A stretch of 30,930 bases of DNA, from the NCBI GenBank assembly GCA_964434855.1, contig CAYSWR010000001.1, positions 6,630 through 37,559 on the forward strand, read 5' to 3'. This DNA is from an uncultured Nitrosopumilaceae archaeon. GTDB lineage: Archaea; Thermoproteota; Nitrososphaeria; Nitrososphaerales; Nitrosopumilaceae. Under the pieces are notes generated by a model. That model did not search any database, was not told the DNA's origin, and saw only the letters and a list, made by a program, of their open reading frames with translations. This document shows positions 1 to 8,382 of this stretch, one piece after another (positions within the stretch are counted from its first letter, which is position 1; the number at the start of each line of letters is the position of its first letter). A program made the position numbers and the translations under genes.

Positions 1-2
1 GA

Positions 3-1676
3 ATCGCCCTTCAGAATGCTTCTGAACACGAGGGAAAAACCCGTAATGAGACAGTAATATCGAAAATTCTTGGTTCAAGGCCAGATCTTAGGAGCAAAAC
101 AAAAGAAATCATTCCCATCATTTCTGAAGTTGTAACAGAGATTAACAGACTTTCATTGGCAGAGCAAAAATCAGAATTAGAAAGTAATTTTCCAGAACTT
201 CTTGCCACAAAACCAAAACAAGAAAGAGTTGGCCTCCCACCACTAGAAGGAGCGGAAAACGGCAAAGTTGTCACAAGGTTTCCACCAGAACCAAATGGTT
301 ATCCACACATTGGTCATGCAAAGGCTGCAATAATTGATGAAGAATACGCAAAGATGTACAATGGAAAGTTGATTCTTAGGTTTGATGACACAAATCCTGA
401 AAACGAAAGACTAGAATATTATGCTGCAATCAAAGTTGGGCTTGACTGGCTTGGAGTAAAATACGATCGTGTGAAAAACACATCAGATGATATCGAATTA
501 ATTTACAAAAAAGGAATGCAGATGATTGAATCAAATCATGCCTATGTTTGTACTTGTAATCAAGAAACAATAAGCAAAAACAGACGAGCGATGAAACCTT
601 GTAAATGTCGATCAGGTGATCTTGAACAAAACACGAAAAGATGGCACAGTATGTTTGAAAAATACAATCCTGGTGAAGCAATAGTCAGATTTCGTGGAAA
701 TATGACGTCAGAAAATACAGTAATGCGCGATCCTGCACTATTTAGAATAATTGAAGGAAATCATCCGTTGCTTATGAACAAATACCGAGTGTGGCCAAAT
801 TATGATTTTGCTGTAGCAATAGAGGACAGCATTGATGGGGTAACACATGCCTTTAGAACAAAAGAGTATGAGCTTCGAAATGAACTGTATTACGCTATTT
901 TGGATAGATTGCAGATGAGAAAGCCAAAGATGTTAGAATTTTCCAGATTAGAGTTTGAAGGGATGCCTGTCTCAAAAAGGATACTAAAACCGCTGGTTGA
1001 AGAAGGGCGAGTATCTGGTTATGATGATCCAAGACTTCCAACTCTTGAAGCTATGCGTAGACGTGGAATTGTGCCTGAAGCAATAAGAAAGTTTGTTCTT
1101 TCATTAGGTTTTACAAAATCTGATACACTTGCCCCATTTGATACTCTAGAATCATTTAACAGAAAAATGATTGATGCAACTAGTATCAGATTGTTTATGG
1201 TTACAGAACCTGTAAAACTAGTTGTAAAAAACAACAAAGTGACATATGCTGAACTTACAAATCATCCGCAAAAAGACATTGGTAAAAGAAAAGTTGAAGT
1301 CGACGGTGTCTTTTATGTTTCTGGTAATGATGTGAAAGATCTCAAAGTCGGAGATCAATTAAGATTAATTGAATTGTATAATGTAAAAATAACAAAAATA
1401 GGATCAGATATCGAAGCGGAATATTCTGGTAATGATTTTAAAGCAGAATTGCCTAAAATTCAATGGATTACACAAAAAAGCTCTACAAAGATAAATATTC
1501 TGATACCAAAGACGCTTTTTGTTAATGAAAAATTTAATGAAAATAGTCTTGAAACGCTACAATCTTTTACGGAAAAATACTACTTAGAATTAAATGAGGG
1601 TGCAGAAATTCAGTTTGTTAGATTTGGATATTGCAGAAAAGATTCTGCGATTCAAGCAATCTATACTCATAAGTGA
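3..1676 (+). CDS. gltX: Glutamyl-tRNA synthetase (archaeal/eukaryal type), 5'-truncated by the window edge
   Basis: Frame 3 is open from base 3 (..IALQNASEHEGKTRNETVISKILGSRPDLRSK..), which resembles the N-terminal helical region of archaeal GluRS. The TTG at 156 in the ORF track is therefore internal. A class I HIGH motif (PNGYPHIGHAKAA) and a KMSKS-like motif (GMPVSKR) are present, and the length fits. Confidence 0.9.
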   Translation: MALQNASEHEGKTRNETVISKILGSRPDLRSKTKEIIPIISEVVTEINRLSLAEQKSELESNFPELLATKPKQERVGLPPLEGAENGKVVTRFPPEPNGYPHIGHAKAAIIDEEYAKMYNGKLILRFDDTNPENERLEYYAAIKVGLDWLGVKYDRVKNTSDDIELIYKKGMQMIESNHAYVCTCNQETISKNRRAMKPCKCRSGDLEQNTKRWHSMFEKYNPGEAIVRFRGNMTSENTVMRDPALFRIIEGNHPLLMNKYRVWPNYDFAVAIEDSIDGVTHAFRTKEYELRNELYYAILDRLQMRKPKMLEFSRLEFEGMPVSKRILKPLVEEGRVSGYDDPRLPTLEAMRRRGIVPEAIRKFVLSLGFTKSDTLAPFDTLESFNRKMIDATSIRLFMVTEPVKLVVKNNKVTYAELTNHPQKDIGKRKVEVDGVFYVSGNDVKDLKVGDQLRLIELYNVKITKIGSDIEAEYSGNDFKAELPKIQWITQKSSTKINILIPKTLFVNEKFNENSLETLQSFTEKYYLELNEGAEIQFVRFGYCRKDSAIQAIYTHK

Positions 1677-1682
1677 AGAAAA

Positions 1683-2546
1683 ATGAAAATTGCAAGATTG
1701 TTAGGAAAAGACATGGAAACATATGGTTTTGTTAATGGAGATAATATAATTACAAAAGAAGATATCACTCATCAAACAGGTATTCCGATACCTCAACACA
1801 TCAAAGATTTTCTTTTTGATGGTTGGTATGACGAGATAAAACCAAAGATGTCAAATCTAAAATATACACAAAAGATTTCCGATTTTAGTGTCCTTGCACC
1901 AATTCCGAATCCCTCCAAAATAATTTGTCTTGTATTTAATTACAAAGATCATGCAAAAGAACAAAATTTGATTCCTCCAGACGAGCCTTCCATAATAATA
2001 AAACCAAAAACTACTCTAAATGGAGCCACCTCAGACATAATTTGTCCTTCCTTTGTATCCAAGCTAGACTATGAAATAGAGCTTGCATTGATCATTGGAA
2101 AAGATTGTAAAAACATAACAGAACAAGAAGCAAAAAATGTAATTTTTGGATATATGATTCTAAATGATACTTCGGCTAGGGATGTACAAGCTAAAGACAA
2201 ACAATTTACACGTGCAAAGGGATTCGATACTTTTGCTCCTTGTGGTCCGTGGATTACAACTGCAGATGAGATATCAGATCCTCAAAACCTAAAGATGTTA
2301 ACTAAAGTAAATGGTATAGTTAGGCAGGATTCTTCAACATCTAACATGTTCTTAAAAATACCTACAGTAGTTTCCATGCTAAGTCAGGTAATGACTCTAG
2401 AAAAAGGAGACATAATTTCAACAGGAACTCCTGCAGGAGTCATGTTAAACAGGCCAGATGCAGTTTACCTGAAGAATGGTGACAGGATAGAAATGGAAAT
2501 TGAAGGACTTGGGAAGCTAGAAAATACTGTGAAATTTGTAAATTAG
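1683..2546 (+). CDS. Fumarylacetoacetate hydrolase (FAH) family protein
   Basis: 287 aa with FAH-fold motifs DYEIELALIIGK, ILNDTSARD and GDIISTGTPAGV. The ATG lies 7 nt after the gltX stop. Confidence 0.85.
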   Translation: MKIARLLGKDMETYGFVNGDNIITKEDITHQTGIPIPQHIKDFLFDGWYDEIKPKMSNLKYTQKISDFSVLAPIPNPSKIICLVFNYKDHAKEQNLIPPDEPSIIIKPKTTLNGATSDIICPSFVSKLDYEIELALIIGKDCKNITEQEAKNVIFGYMILNDTSARDVQAKDKQFTRAKGFDTFAPCGPWITTADEISDPQNLKMLTKVNGIVRQDSSTSNMFLKIPTVVSMLSQVMTLEKGDIISTGTPAGVMLNRPDAVYLKNGDRIEMEIEGLGKLENTVKFVN

Positions 2547-2585
2547 TATCTAAAACTATTAAGGCAGGTAAATCCAAAAGATTCC

Positions 2586-2894
2586 ATGGGAAAAATAATA
2601 GTTGGTAAAACCTCTGATATTCCAGTTGGTAAGATGCAAAAGGTTACTGCAGATGGAAAGGAGATTGTTGTGATGAACATAGACGGAAGCTATTTTGCTA
2701 TGGATGACACTTGCACCCATGCAGGGGCAAGTCTTTCAGAGGGAAAGTTAGAAGGTTCTATTGTAACATGCGACTGGCATGGTTCAAAGTGGGATGGTAA
2801 GACAGGTAAGCTGCATGCATTTCCTGCAAAAATTAAGGATTTGAATACATACAAAATAGTAGTTGAGTCAGACAACATATTTTTGGAACTCTAA
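2586..2894 (+). CDS. Small Rieske-type [2Fe-2S] ferredoxin
   Basis: 102 aa with both cluster-binding boxes, CTHAG (C-x-H) and CDWHGSKW (C-x-x-H), at typical spacing. Confidence 0.85.
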   Translation: MGKIIVGKTSDIPVGKMQKVTADGKEIVVMNIDGSYFAMDDTCTHAGASLSEGKLEGSIVTCDWHGSKWDGKTGKLHAFPAKIKDLNTYKIVVESDNIFLEL

Positions 2895-2941
2895 GTGCAA
2901 ACTTTATAAAATCAACACAATTAGGTAGCTTTGATGGTACA

Positions 2942-3214
2942 ATGGTGGACAATAAATCTCAGAACACAGAAACTCTCAATCAGGCCATTACCACACTTGA
3001 AGAAATAGCTTCAAACCCTTCTACTCCAAAGAATATTAAAAAAAGTATAGCTGATTTGGCATTAGAACTTAAAAAACAGGAATATTCTGTTTCAATGCGT
3101 GCTGCAAATGCCATAAGCTTGTTAGATGATATAACACAGGACCCAAACATGCCATCATATGTAAGAGTGACATTATGGCAAGCAGTATCCACGCTTGAAA
3201 GAATAAGGGAATAA
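2942..3214 (+). CDS. Small helical archaeal protein, UPF0147-like
   Basis: 90 aa. The segment RAANAISLLDDITQDPNMPSYVRVTLWQAVSTLE matches my recollection of the conserved core of the archaeal UPF0147 family. A TATA-like 'ctttataaaa' lies upstream. Confidence 0.5.
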   Translation: MVDNKSQNTETLNQAITTLEEIASNPSTPKNIKKSIADLALELKKQEYSVSMRAANAISLLDDITQDPNMPSYVRVTLWQAVSTLERIRE

Positions 3215-3239
3215 ATTTAGAATCGCTGTTTTTCCAATC

Positions 3240-4007
3240 ATGAAGATAGAGGAATATCTTGCATCACTTCCACAGTCTATTCTTTCAGGACAAGAAGTGC
3301 AGCTTCCAGATAATGCTTTCAGAGAAATATTTCGATTTGCAGAACTTGGCAAGAATGACATATTTTATCATCTTGGATGTGGAAATGGGAAGGGAGTTTC
3401 CATAGCTCTGGAAGAATTTGGGGTGAAAAATGCGGTTGGAATAGATATTGATGGAAAAAAAATCAGTTTAGCAAAAAAACTTCTAAAAGAAAAAAATTTT
3501 TCAAACTACACATTACAATGTCATGACATAAGACAAGCAGACTTTAGTGATGCTACAGTTATTTTATTTTGGTTTGTAGATCAACAAATAATCGATGCTA
3601 TGATGGACAAGTTTTCATTGTTGAAAAGCGGCTGTAAAATAATAACAATTTGGGGCCCATTGCCAGGATGTCTTCCTGATAAAGTGGAGTTCCCCTATAT
3701 TCTAAATACGGTTCCTTTTAAAAAAGCAAATGACCTAAAAGAACAACTTCTTGCAGTATTTGGCACTGATTGTGTAGATTTTGTAACTGCTTGGGAATTT
3801 GCAGAAAGATACACCAAAGCAATTGGGTCGCCAAATGCTGGCAACGATCGATTTCTTACCATACTACAATCTGTTGTAATATGGATAAACGCAAAAAATC
3901 TAGGAGTTGCTTGCGGTGATGAAATTCCTCAGCCAATAAAGACGTACATTAGCATCCTTAGGACATTTTTCAATATAGATGTAGAATATCTTTTGAATAA
4001 ACAATAG
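3240..4007 (+). CDS. Class I SAM-dependent methyltransferase with a C-terminal helical extension
   Basis: Motif I is YHLGCGNGKGVSIAL, followed by an acidic motif II (GIDID). The substrate cannot be inferred. Confidence 0.7.
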   Translation: MKIEEYLASLPQSILSGQEVQLPDNAFREIFRFAELGKNDIFYHLGCGNGKGVSIALEEFGVKNAVGIDIDGKKISLAKKLLKEKNFSNYTLQCHDIRQADFSDATVILFWFVDQQIIDAMMDKFSLLKSGCKIITIWGPLPGCLPDKVEFPYILNTVPFKKANDLKEQLLAVFGTDCVDFVTAWEFAERYTKAIGSPNAGNDRFLTILQSVVIWINAKNLGVACGDEIPQPIKTYISILRTFFNIDVEYLLNKQ

Positions 4008-4058
4008 ATGGATCTATGATTAGTCATATTTTTATCTAGAAAAATAGTAAAGCATCCT

Positions 4059-4409
4059 ATGTGGGGTGAAAGAATAAACATCAATGTATCTGCCATAGAT
4101 TATGAGAATACAAGCCGAGAAATTATCTCTATCTTGAGAAATCTAGAACAGATGGTACATGGAGAAAATGATTTTATTGTCACAGATTCTGAATTAGCAT
4201 TCGGTTGGCACTTTTATGTTGTGTGTGTTAACAAGGCCCTTGTGCAAAAGTTGTCAGAACAGATGGGACCTAGTTTTGATGAAATTAAAGGAAAAGGATT
4301 AGAGAAGAAATTTCTTACTTGGCTCACAGATAAGCTATCCCAGAGACAGTTGAAGGTTAAGCTTGCTATCAAAGAAGAGATGGAATCAAGTAAGTACGGC
4401 ATATTTTAA
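4059..4409 (+). CDS. Hypothetical protein (116 aa)
   Basis: Clean ORF with an A/T box 'atatttttat' about 23 nt upstream of the ATG. I recognise no motif. Confidence 0.5.
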   Translation: MWGERININVSAIDYENTSREIISILRNLEQMVHGENDFIVTDSELAFGWHFYVVCVNKALVQKLSEQMGPSFDEIKGKGLEKKFLTWLTDKLSQRQLKVKLAIKEEMESSKYGIF

Positions 4410-4417
4410 AATAAAAA

Positions 4418-4490
4418 GGCCCTTGAGGGGAATCGAACCCCTGTCCGGGGATCCACAGTCCCCTATACTGGCCACTGTACTACAAGGGCC
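4418..4490 (-). tRNA. tRNA-His (anticodon GUG) with genome-encoded G-1
   Basis: The reverse complement folds by hand into a cloverleaf. The acceptor stem is GCCCTTG/CAAGGGC, with an extra 5' G pairing with C73. The D stem is GTAC/GTAT. The anticodon arm is GGGGA-CTGTGGA-TCCCC and the T arm is AGGGG-TTCGATT-CCCCT. No CCA is encoded, and a T5 run follows the 3' end. Confidence 0.9.
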
Positions 4491-4594
4491 ACCAAGGACG
4501 GATCCTCTCATGTCCAGTATTAATCTTAACTAATGGATTGTATTGAATGAGAACCAGACTCTAAGTTTATTATTTACTAAAAAATATTCCAAGT

Positions 4595-4684
4595 ATGAAA
4601 AGTGGAATACTGTGGTTTCTTGCAATGGGAATAACTGCAGCTCTTGCCTATTATGGTTCAACATATCTTCTTCCTTGGTATTAA
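4595..4684 (+). CDS. Possible 29-aa hydrophobic micro-protein (MKSGILWFLAMGITAALAYYGSTYLLPWY)
   Basis: ATG..TAA ORF in an otherwise unexplained ~210 bp spacer. It encodes a single TM-like segment. An A/T box 'tttattattt' lies about 20-25 nt upstream. Confidence 0.3.
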   Translation: MKSGILWFLAMGITAALAYYGSTYLLPWY

Positions 4685-4703
4685 ATTCAAAAATTTTAAT
4701 AAA

Positions 4704-5753
4704 TTAGTTGTAACGTAGTTTCTTCTTTATGCTTCGCAGTTTACGCATTCCAAACGATTTGACTTTCCATCTTTTTGTGTATCTATATGTGACAAAGGCA
4801 GAGATTACAGTGGATAGAGCTAGAGCAGGAAGCATCCAATAGAAATTTTTATCACTACTTGGAAATAGACTAAAAATAGTTGCTAGTGTGTTTGGTACAA
4901 GAACTGCTGTTCCAGCTACTGTAAGCCAGACTATTAGAGTTGCAAGTTTGTTGGAAACTTCAGCTTGAATTACGTTTATTCCTGTAGCAACTACCTGCAT
5001 GACGTTTTCTGACATTTGGATCTGTCTGTCTAGTCTACCAAGAAGGACTTCAAATTTGCCAAGGATTATTTCATCGTCAGAAATCATTTCAGCATCTCCA
5101 TACTTTAGGTTCTGAACCGTATCATATGTAGCCCACACTGCGTTAAGAAATGTAAGAAGTGAAGTCTTCATATCAGAAAGTTCAAGGGACAGATCCTTTT
5201 GGATCTGTCTTGCACCTGCAAGATCAAGTTCTAGTTGTTCTGCTCTTTCTATGATTAAACGCAGAATTGAAAAGTTTGTTTCACTAAGCTCATCTATTAT
5301 TCTTGCTACAAGTATTGTTTGTCTGTCTGCCCAGCTTTCAGGTTCTTTTGGCAGTTTACGTAGTAATGTATTGGAATAATTGTACAGTCGTGTTATTTTT
5401 CCTCCATAATCATCGTGTATAGTAACTACAAGGTCTTTTTTGATAAATATCAAAAGAGGTGATGTTTGTGTCTTGTTTGCACCTGTAATTACAAAGGGAA
5501 GCATCAAGCCAAGTGTATCTTCACTGTCTTCATAATGTGATACATATCCTGACAATAGAGTTGACGCATCCATGTTGATGCCAAGACTTGCTAGGATCTT
5601 TGGAGTTTCTTCAACGATATTATCAACAACACACTCTATCCAGGTAAGGTGTCCTAGGGATATGGTTCTGGCTGCTTCTTCTAGCTGTACGCTTGGTTTT
5701 TTAAATGGAGTTCCTTCCGTTTCTAACCCGGCAACGCTTACTGCTTTAATCAT
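4704..5753 (-). CDS. CorA-like divalent cation transporter homologue lacking the GMN motif
   Basis: It has CorA architecture: a soluble N-domain, a long helix and two C-terminal TMs with a basic tail. The TM1 end reads LVPNTLATIFSLFPSS where CorA has ..YGMNF. I prefer the Met at 5753 (MIKAVSV..) because a 'tatataa' box at 5774-5780 sits 21 nt upstream. The ORF-track start at 5798 would put that box inside the gene. Confidence 0.7.
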   Translation of the reverse strand: MIKAVSVAGLETEGTPFKKPSVQLEEAARTISLGHLTWIECVVDNIVEETPKILASLGINMDASTLLSGYVSHYEDSEDTLGLMLPFVITGANKTQTSPLLIFIKKDLVVTIHDDYGGKITRLYNYSNTLLRKLPKEPESWADRQTILVARIIDELSETNFSILRLIIERAEQLELDLAGARQIQKDLSLELSDMKTSLLTFLNAVWATYDTVQNLKYGDAEMISDDEIILGKFEVLLGRLDRQIQMSENVMQVVATGINVIQAEVSNKLATLIVWLTVAGTAVLVPNTLATIFSLFPSSDKNFYWMLPALALSTVISAFVTYRYTKRWKVKSFGMRKLRSIKKKLRYN

Positions 5754-5773
5754 AAATAAAAACGAGTTTTCAC

Positions 5774-5780
5774 TTATATA
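5774..5780 (-). promoter_or_regulatory. Putative TATA box of the CorA-like gene
   Basis: The minus strand reads 'tatataa' ending 21 nt before the ATG at 5753. This is the same spacing seen at many genes in this window. Confidence 0.4.
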
Positions 5781-5856
5781 CACGTATTTATGAATCAAAT
5801 ATCACACTTTTTGTAAATTCATGTAGATTTAATTAAAACTGTATCAGAGTAATCTT

Positions 5857-6885
5857 ATGAGTTGTTCTGGCGAGACAGTCGAGTCTGATAACGAAATATT
5901 ACAAATAAAACCAATGATATTATCCCAACTAAAAAAAGCAAAGTACGGAGTTTCCGATCACGCTACAGTAGAGTTGTGCCACTGGACAAAAAAATCGTTC
6001 AAAAATGAAGGTGACTGTTACAAGATGAAGTTTTATGGAATTACAACTCACAGGTGCATGGAGTTTTCTCCAGCTGGAATGTATTGCGAAAATAGATGCA
6101 TTTACTGTTGGAGACCAATGGAGTTTTACAGTTCAATGGAGATGCCAGAAGACAAGGTGGCAGAACCAGAGGTAATTGTTGCAAATCTTATGGAAGAAAG
6201 AAGAAAACTCATCATGGGACATTACGGAGATCCAAAACAAGATAAGAAAAAGTTAGACGAATCATTGCTGCCTAGTCATTATGCTATCTCACTTTCTGGA
6301 GAACCAACCATGTATCCAAAACTTCCACAGCTCATAAAATATCTAAAGACCATTCCTGAAACAAAATCAATCTTTCTTGTTACAAATGGTCAAGAGCCTG
6401 CCATGTTACAAAGATTGCAAGATGAAGATGCACTTCCTACTCAGCTATATCTTTCTACCAATGCTCCAAATGAAGAAATCTTTCAGAAAGTTAACAAACC
6501 AAAATACAAGGATTCTTGGGAAAGATGGAATGCTAGTCTAAAGATGATTTCAAAGATGGATACGCGAACTGTGCTCAGAGTTACTTTGATAAAAGATTAC
6601 AATTCTAACAATGAATTAATTCCAAAATATGCAGAGATGTTCAAGCAAGCAAATCCACATTTTGTCGAATTAAAGTCATACATGCACGTAGGAAGATCTA
6701 CAAATAGACTAGAATATTCAAACAGCCTGGAGATGGATGAAGTGAGACACTTTGCATCTGAGCTTGCAAATAAAAGTGAAGTTTTTTCGGTCATGGATGA
6801 AAGTGTCATGTCAAGGATAGTAGTGTTGCAGAATCAGAAACGATTCATCGATCGTTGGATTCCGACCTATGCAAATACCAATTAG
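5857..6885 (+). CDS. taw1: tRNA 4-demethylwyosine synthase (Taw1/TYW1), radical SAM
   Basis: Radical SAM motif CENRCIYCWRP (CxxxCxxC). An upstream Cys-rich region (ELCHWTKKSF..CYKMKFYGITTHRCMEF) is typical of Taw1. 342 aa. Confidence 0.85.
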   Translation: MSCSGETVESDNEILQIKPMILSQLKKAKYGVSDHATVELCHWTKKSFKNEGDCYKMKFYGITTHRCMEFSPAGMYCENRCIYCWRPMEFYSSMEMPEDKVAEPEVIVANLMEERRKLIMGHYGDPKQDKKKLDESLLPSHYAISLSGEPTMYPKLPQLIKYLKTIPETKSIFLVTNGQEPAMLQRLQDEDALPTQLYLSTNAPNEEIFQKVNKPKYKDSWERWNASLKMISKMDTRTVLRVTLIKDYNSNNELIPKYAEMFKQANPHFVELKSYMHVGRSTNRLEYSNSLEMDEVRHFASELANKSEVFSVMDESVMSRIVVLQNQKRFIDRWIPTYANTN

Positions 6886-7414
6886 CAAATTTTTTTATTG
6901 CAAGATATCTGTGAGAGATGAGATTTTTTTCTTCTAGCTGAGCATATGTTTTAGTTTGACCTTCAGGAATAAAGATTGGATCATATCCCCATTTTTTACC
7001 AGTCGGTTTTTGTGAAATTTTTCCATTCACCTCAGCTTTAAACAGTTGTACATCATCTTTTTTTTCACAGTATGCTATGACTGATTGAAATGCTGCAGTT
7101 CGTTTTGATTTTATTAGTTTAAGAATTCCTTCATTTCCAATTGTTTTAAATGCAAATGAAGAATATGGCCCAGGAAAACCATTTAGTGAGTTTATGAAAA
7201 GACCATCATCTTCTATCATAACTCGTTTGGAACATCTTGAAAAAGCATCCAAAGCTTTGTGAAAAGCCACTTCTTCAAGTGTATCTGCTTGTATTTCCTG
7301 TAAACTACATTTGAAAAACTTTAGTGAAATTCCAAATTTTGCTAAGATGCCTTTGGCTTCCTCATACTTGTTTTTGTTTGATGATGCAAATAATATACTA
7401 GACAACGTTGGCAT
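6845..7414 (-). CDS. Non-canonical purine NTP pyrophosphatase (HAM1/RdgB, dITP/XTPase)
   Basis: ILFASSNKNKYEEA, EDDGLFINSLNGFPGPYS, TIGNEGILKL, WGYDPIFIP and ISHR motifs align closely with archaeal HAM1 proteins as I remember them. Confidence 0.9.
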   Translation of the reverse strand: MPTLSSILFASSNKNKYEEAKGILAKFGISLKFFKCSLQEIQADTLEEVAFHKALDAFSRCSKRVMIEDDGLFINSLNGFPGPYSSFAFKTIGNEGILKLIKSKRTAAFQSVIAYCEKKDDVQLFKAEVNGKISQKPTGKKWGYDPIFIPEGQTKTYAQLEEKNLISHRYLAIKKFANWYLHRSESNDR

Positions 7415-8018
7415 ATCTACCCCTGCTTTCGATAACTGATACTTGAGACAAAACGCGATTATGCCTTGAAGAACCTACTATTTTTTTATAGCCTTTTAAA
7501 AATTCAGTCCACGCTTTTTCCATTATATTTGCATGTGCACTATTTAGTATCTCTTTGTAAAGTCTTAGATCTATTGCATGATCCTCTATTTTGTCTGTTC
7601 TTTGTGCAAGTCCAAAATCAATTACAAACACTGTATCTTTCATAGAAAGGAAGTTGGATGTAGTAAGATCTCCATGCATAATACCATTTTTGTGTAATTT
7701 GCCTACAATTTTACCAATCTCTTGACAAGCTTTTATCACTTTTTGATTTGAAAGATCACGCACTAGCTTTCCTTTCATATGTTGCATGTATATCCTACAC
7801 ATTTTTGTGTCGACATAGTATACAAGAGGTGAACAAACTCCAAATGATTTTACAGCGGATATGATACTCGATTCACGTATGGTTCTCTGTTCTCTTATTC
7901 TTCTATCAAGTATTGGATTTCGATAATCTTTTTTTTCTCTTATTTTTAGTATAGATTTATTTTCATTCCATAAAGTAAGATAAATGTCAGCTTCCGCGCC
8001 TTTTTTTATTAATTTCAT
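7398..8018 (-). CDS. bud32: KEOPS complex kinase/ATPase Bud32
   Basis: 206 aa minimal RIO-like kinase with GAEADIY, a catalytic loop HGDLTTSNF and IDFGLA. It overlaps the HAM1 start by 17 nt, which suggests an operon. Confidence 0.85.
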   Translation of the reverse strand: MKLIKKGAEADIYLTLWNENKSILKIREKKDYRNPILDRRIREQRTIRESSIISAVKSFGVCSPLVYYVDTKMCRIYMQHMKGKLVRDLSNQKVIKACQEIGKIVGKLHKNGIMHGDLTTSNFLSMKDTVFVIDFGLAQRTDKIEDHAIDLRLYKEILNSAHANIMEKAWTEFLKGYKKIVGSSRHNRVLSQVSVIESRGRYANVV

Positions 8019-8055
8019 TAGAGTTATAACTTGTAGCTAGAGATTAAAACGTATT

Positions 8056-8382
8056 ATGGATAACTCAGAAGAAAAGATAATTCAAGAAGATTGTTCTGAA
8101 GATTCTGCCGGTAGTGGGATTCTCACACTAACAAACATGAGAATTGCCTTTGATAAAACAAAGGGAAGAATAGCAGATTTTTCAAAAAAGTTTGGTGATA
8201 CAGTTATTGACGTGCCGTTAAACCAAATTGTAGAAGTTGGAAAGGAAGGTTGGCTTGTAAAGAAAGTCTGGATTAAAGTTAAAACAACAGAGGGACAAAA
8301 AACCTACAAGTTTGGAGTGTATAACACTAACAAATGGCTCAAAACATTACAGGAAACAATAGCACAAAATAAGAGTCAATAA
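8056..8382 (+). CDS. Hypothetical 108-aa protein with a predicted PH/GRAM-like fold
   Basis: The GILTLTNMRIAFDK strand motif, several beta segments and a C-terminal amphipathic helix (NKWLKTLQETIAQ) resemble PH/GRAM/GLUE-type domains. An A/T box lies 25 nt upstream. Confidence 0.45.
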   Translation: MDNSEEKIIQEDCSEDSAGSGILTLTNMRIAFDKTKGRIADFSKKFGDTVIDVPLNQIVEVGKEGWLVKKVWIKVKTTEGQKTYKFGVYNTNKWLKTLQETIAQNKSQ

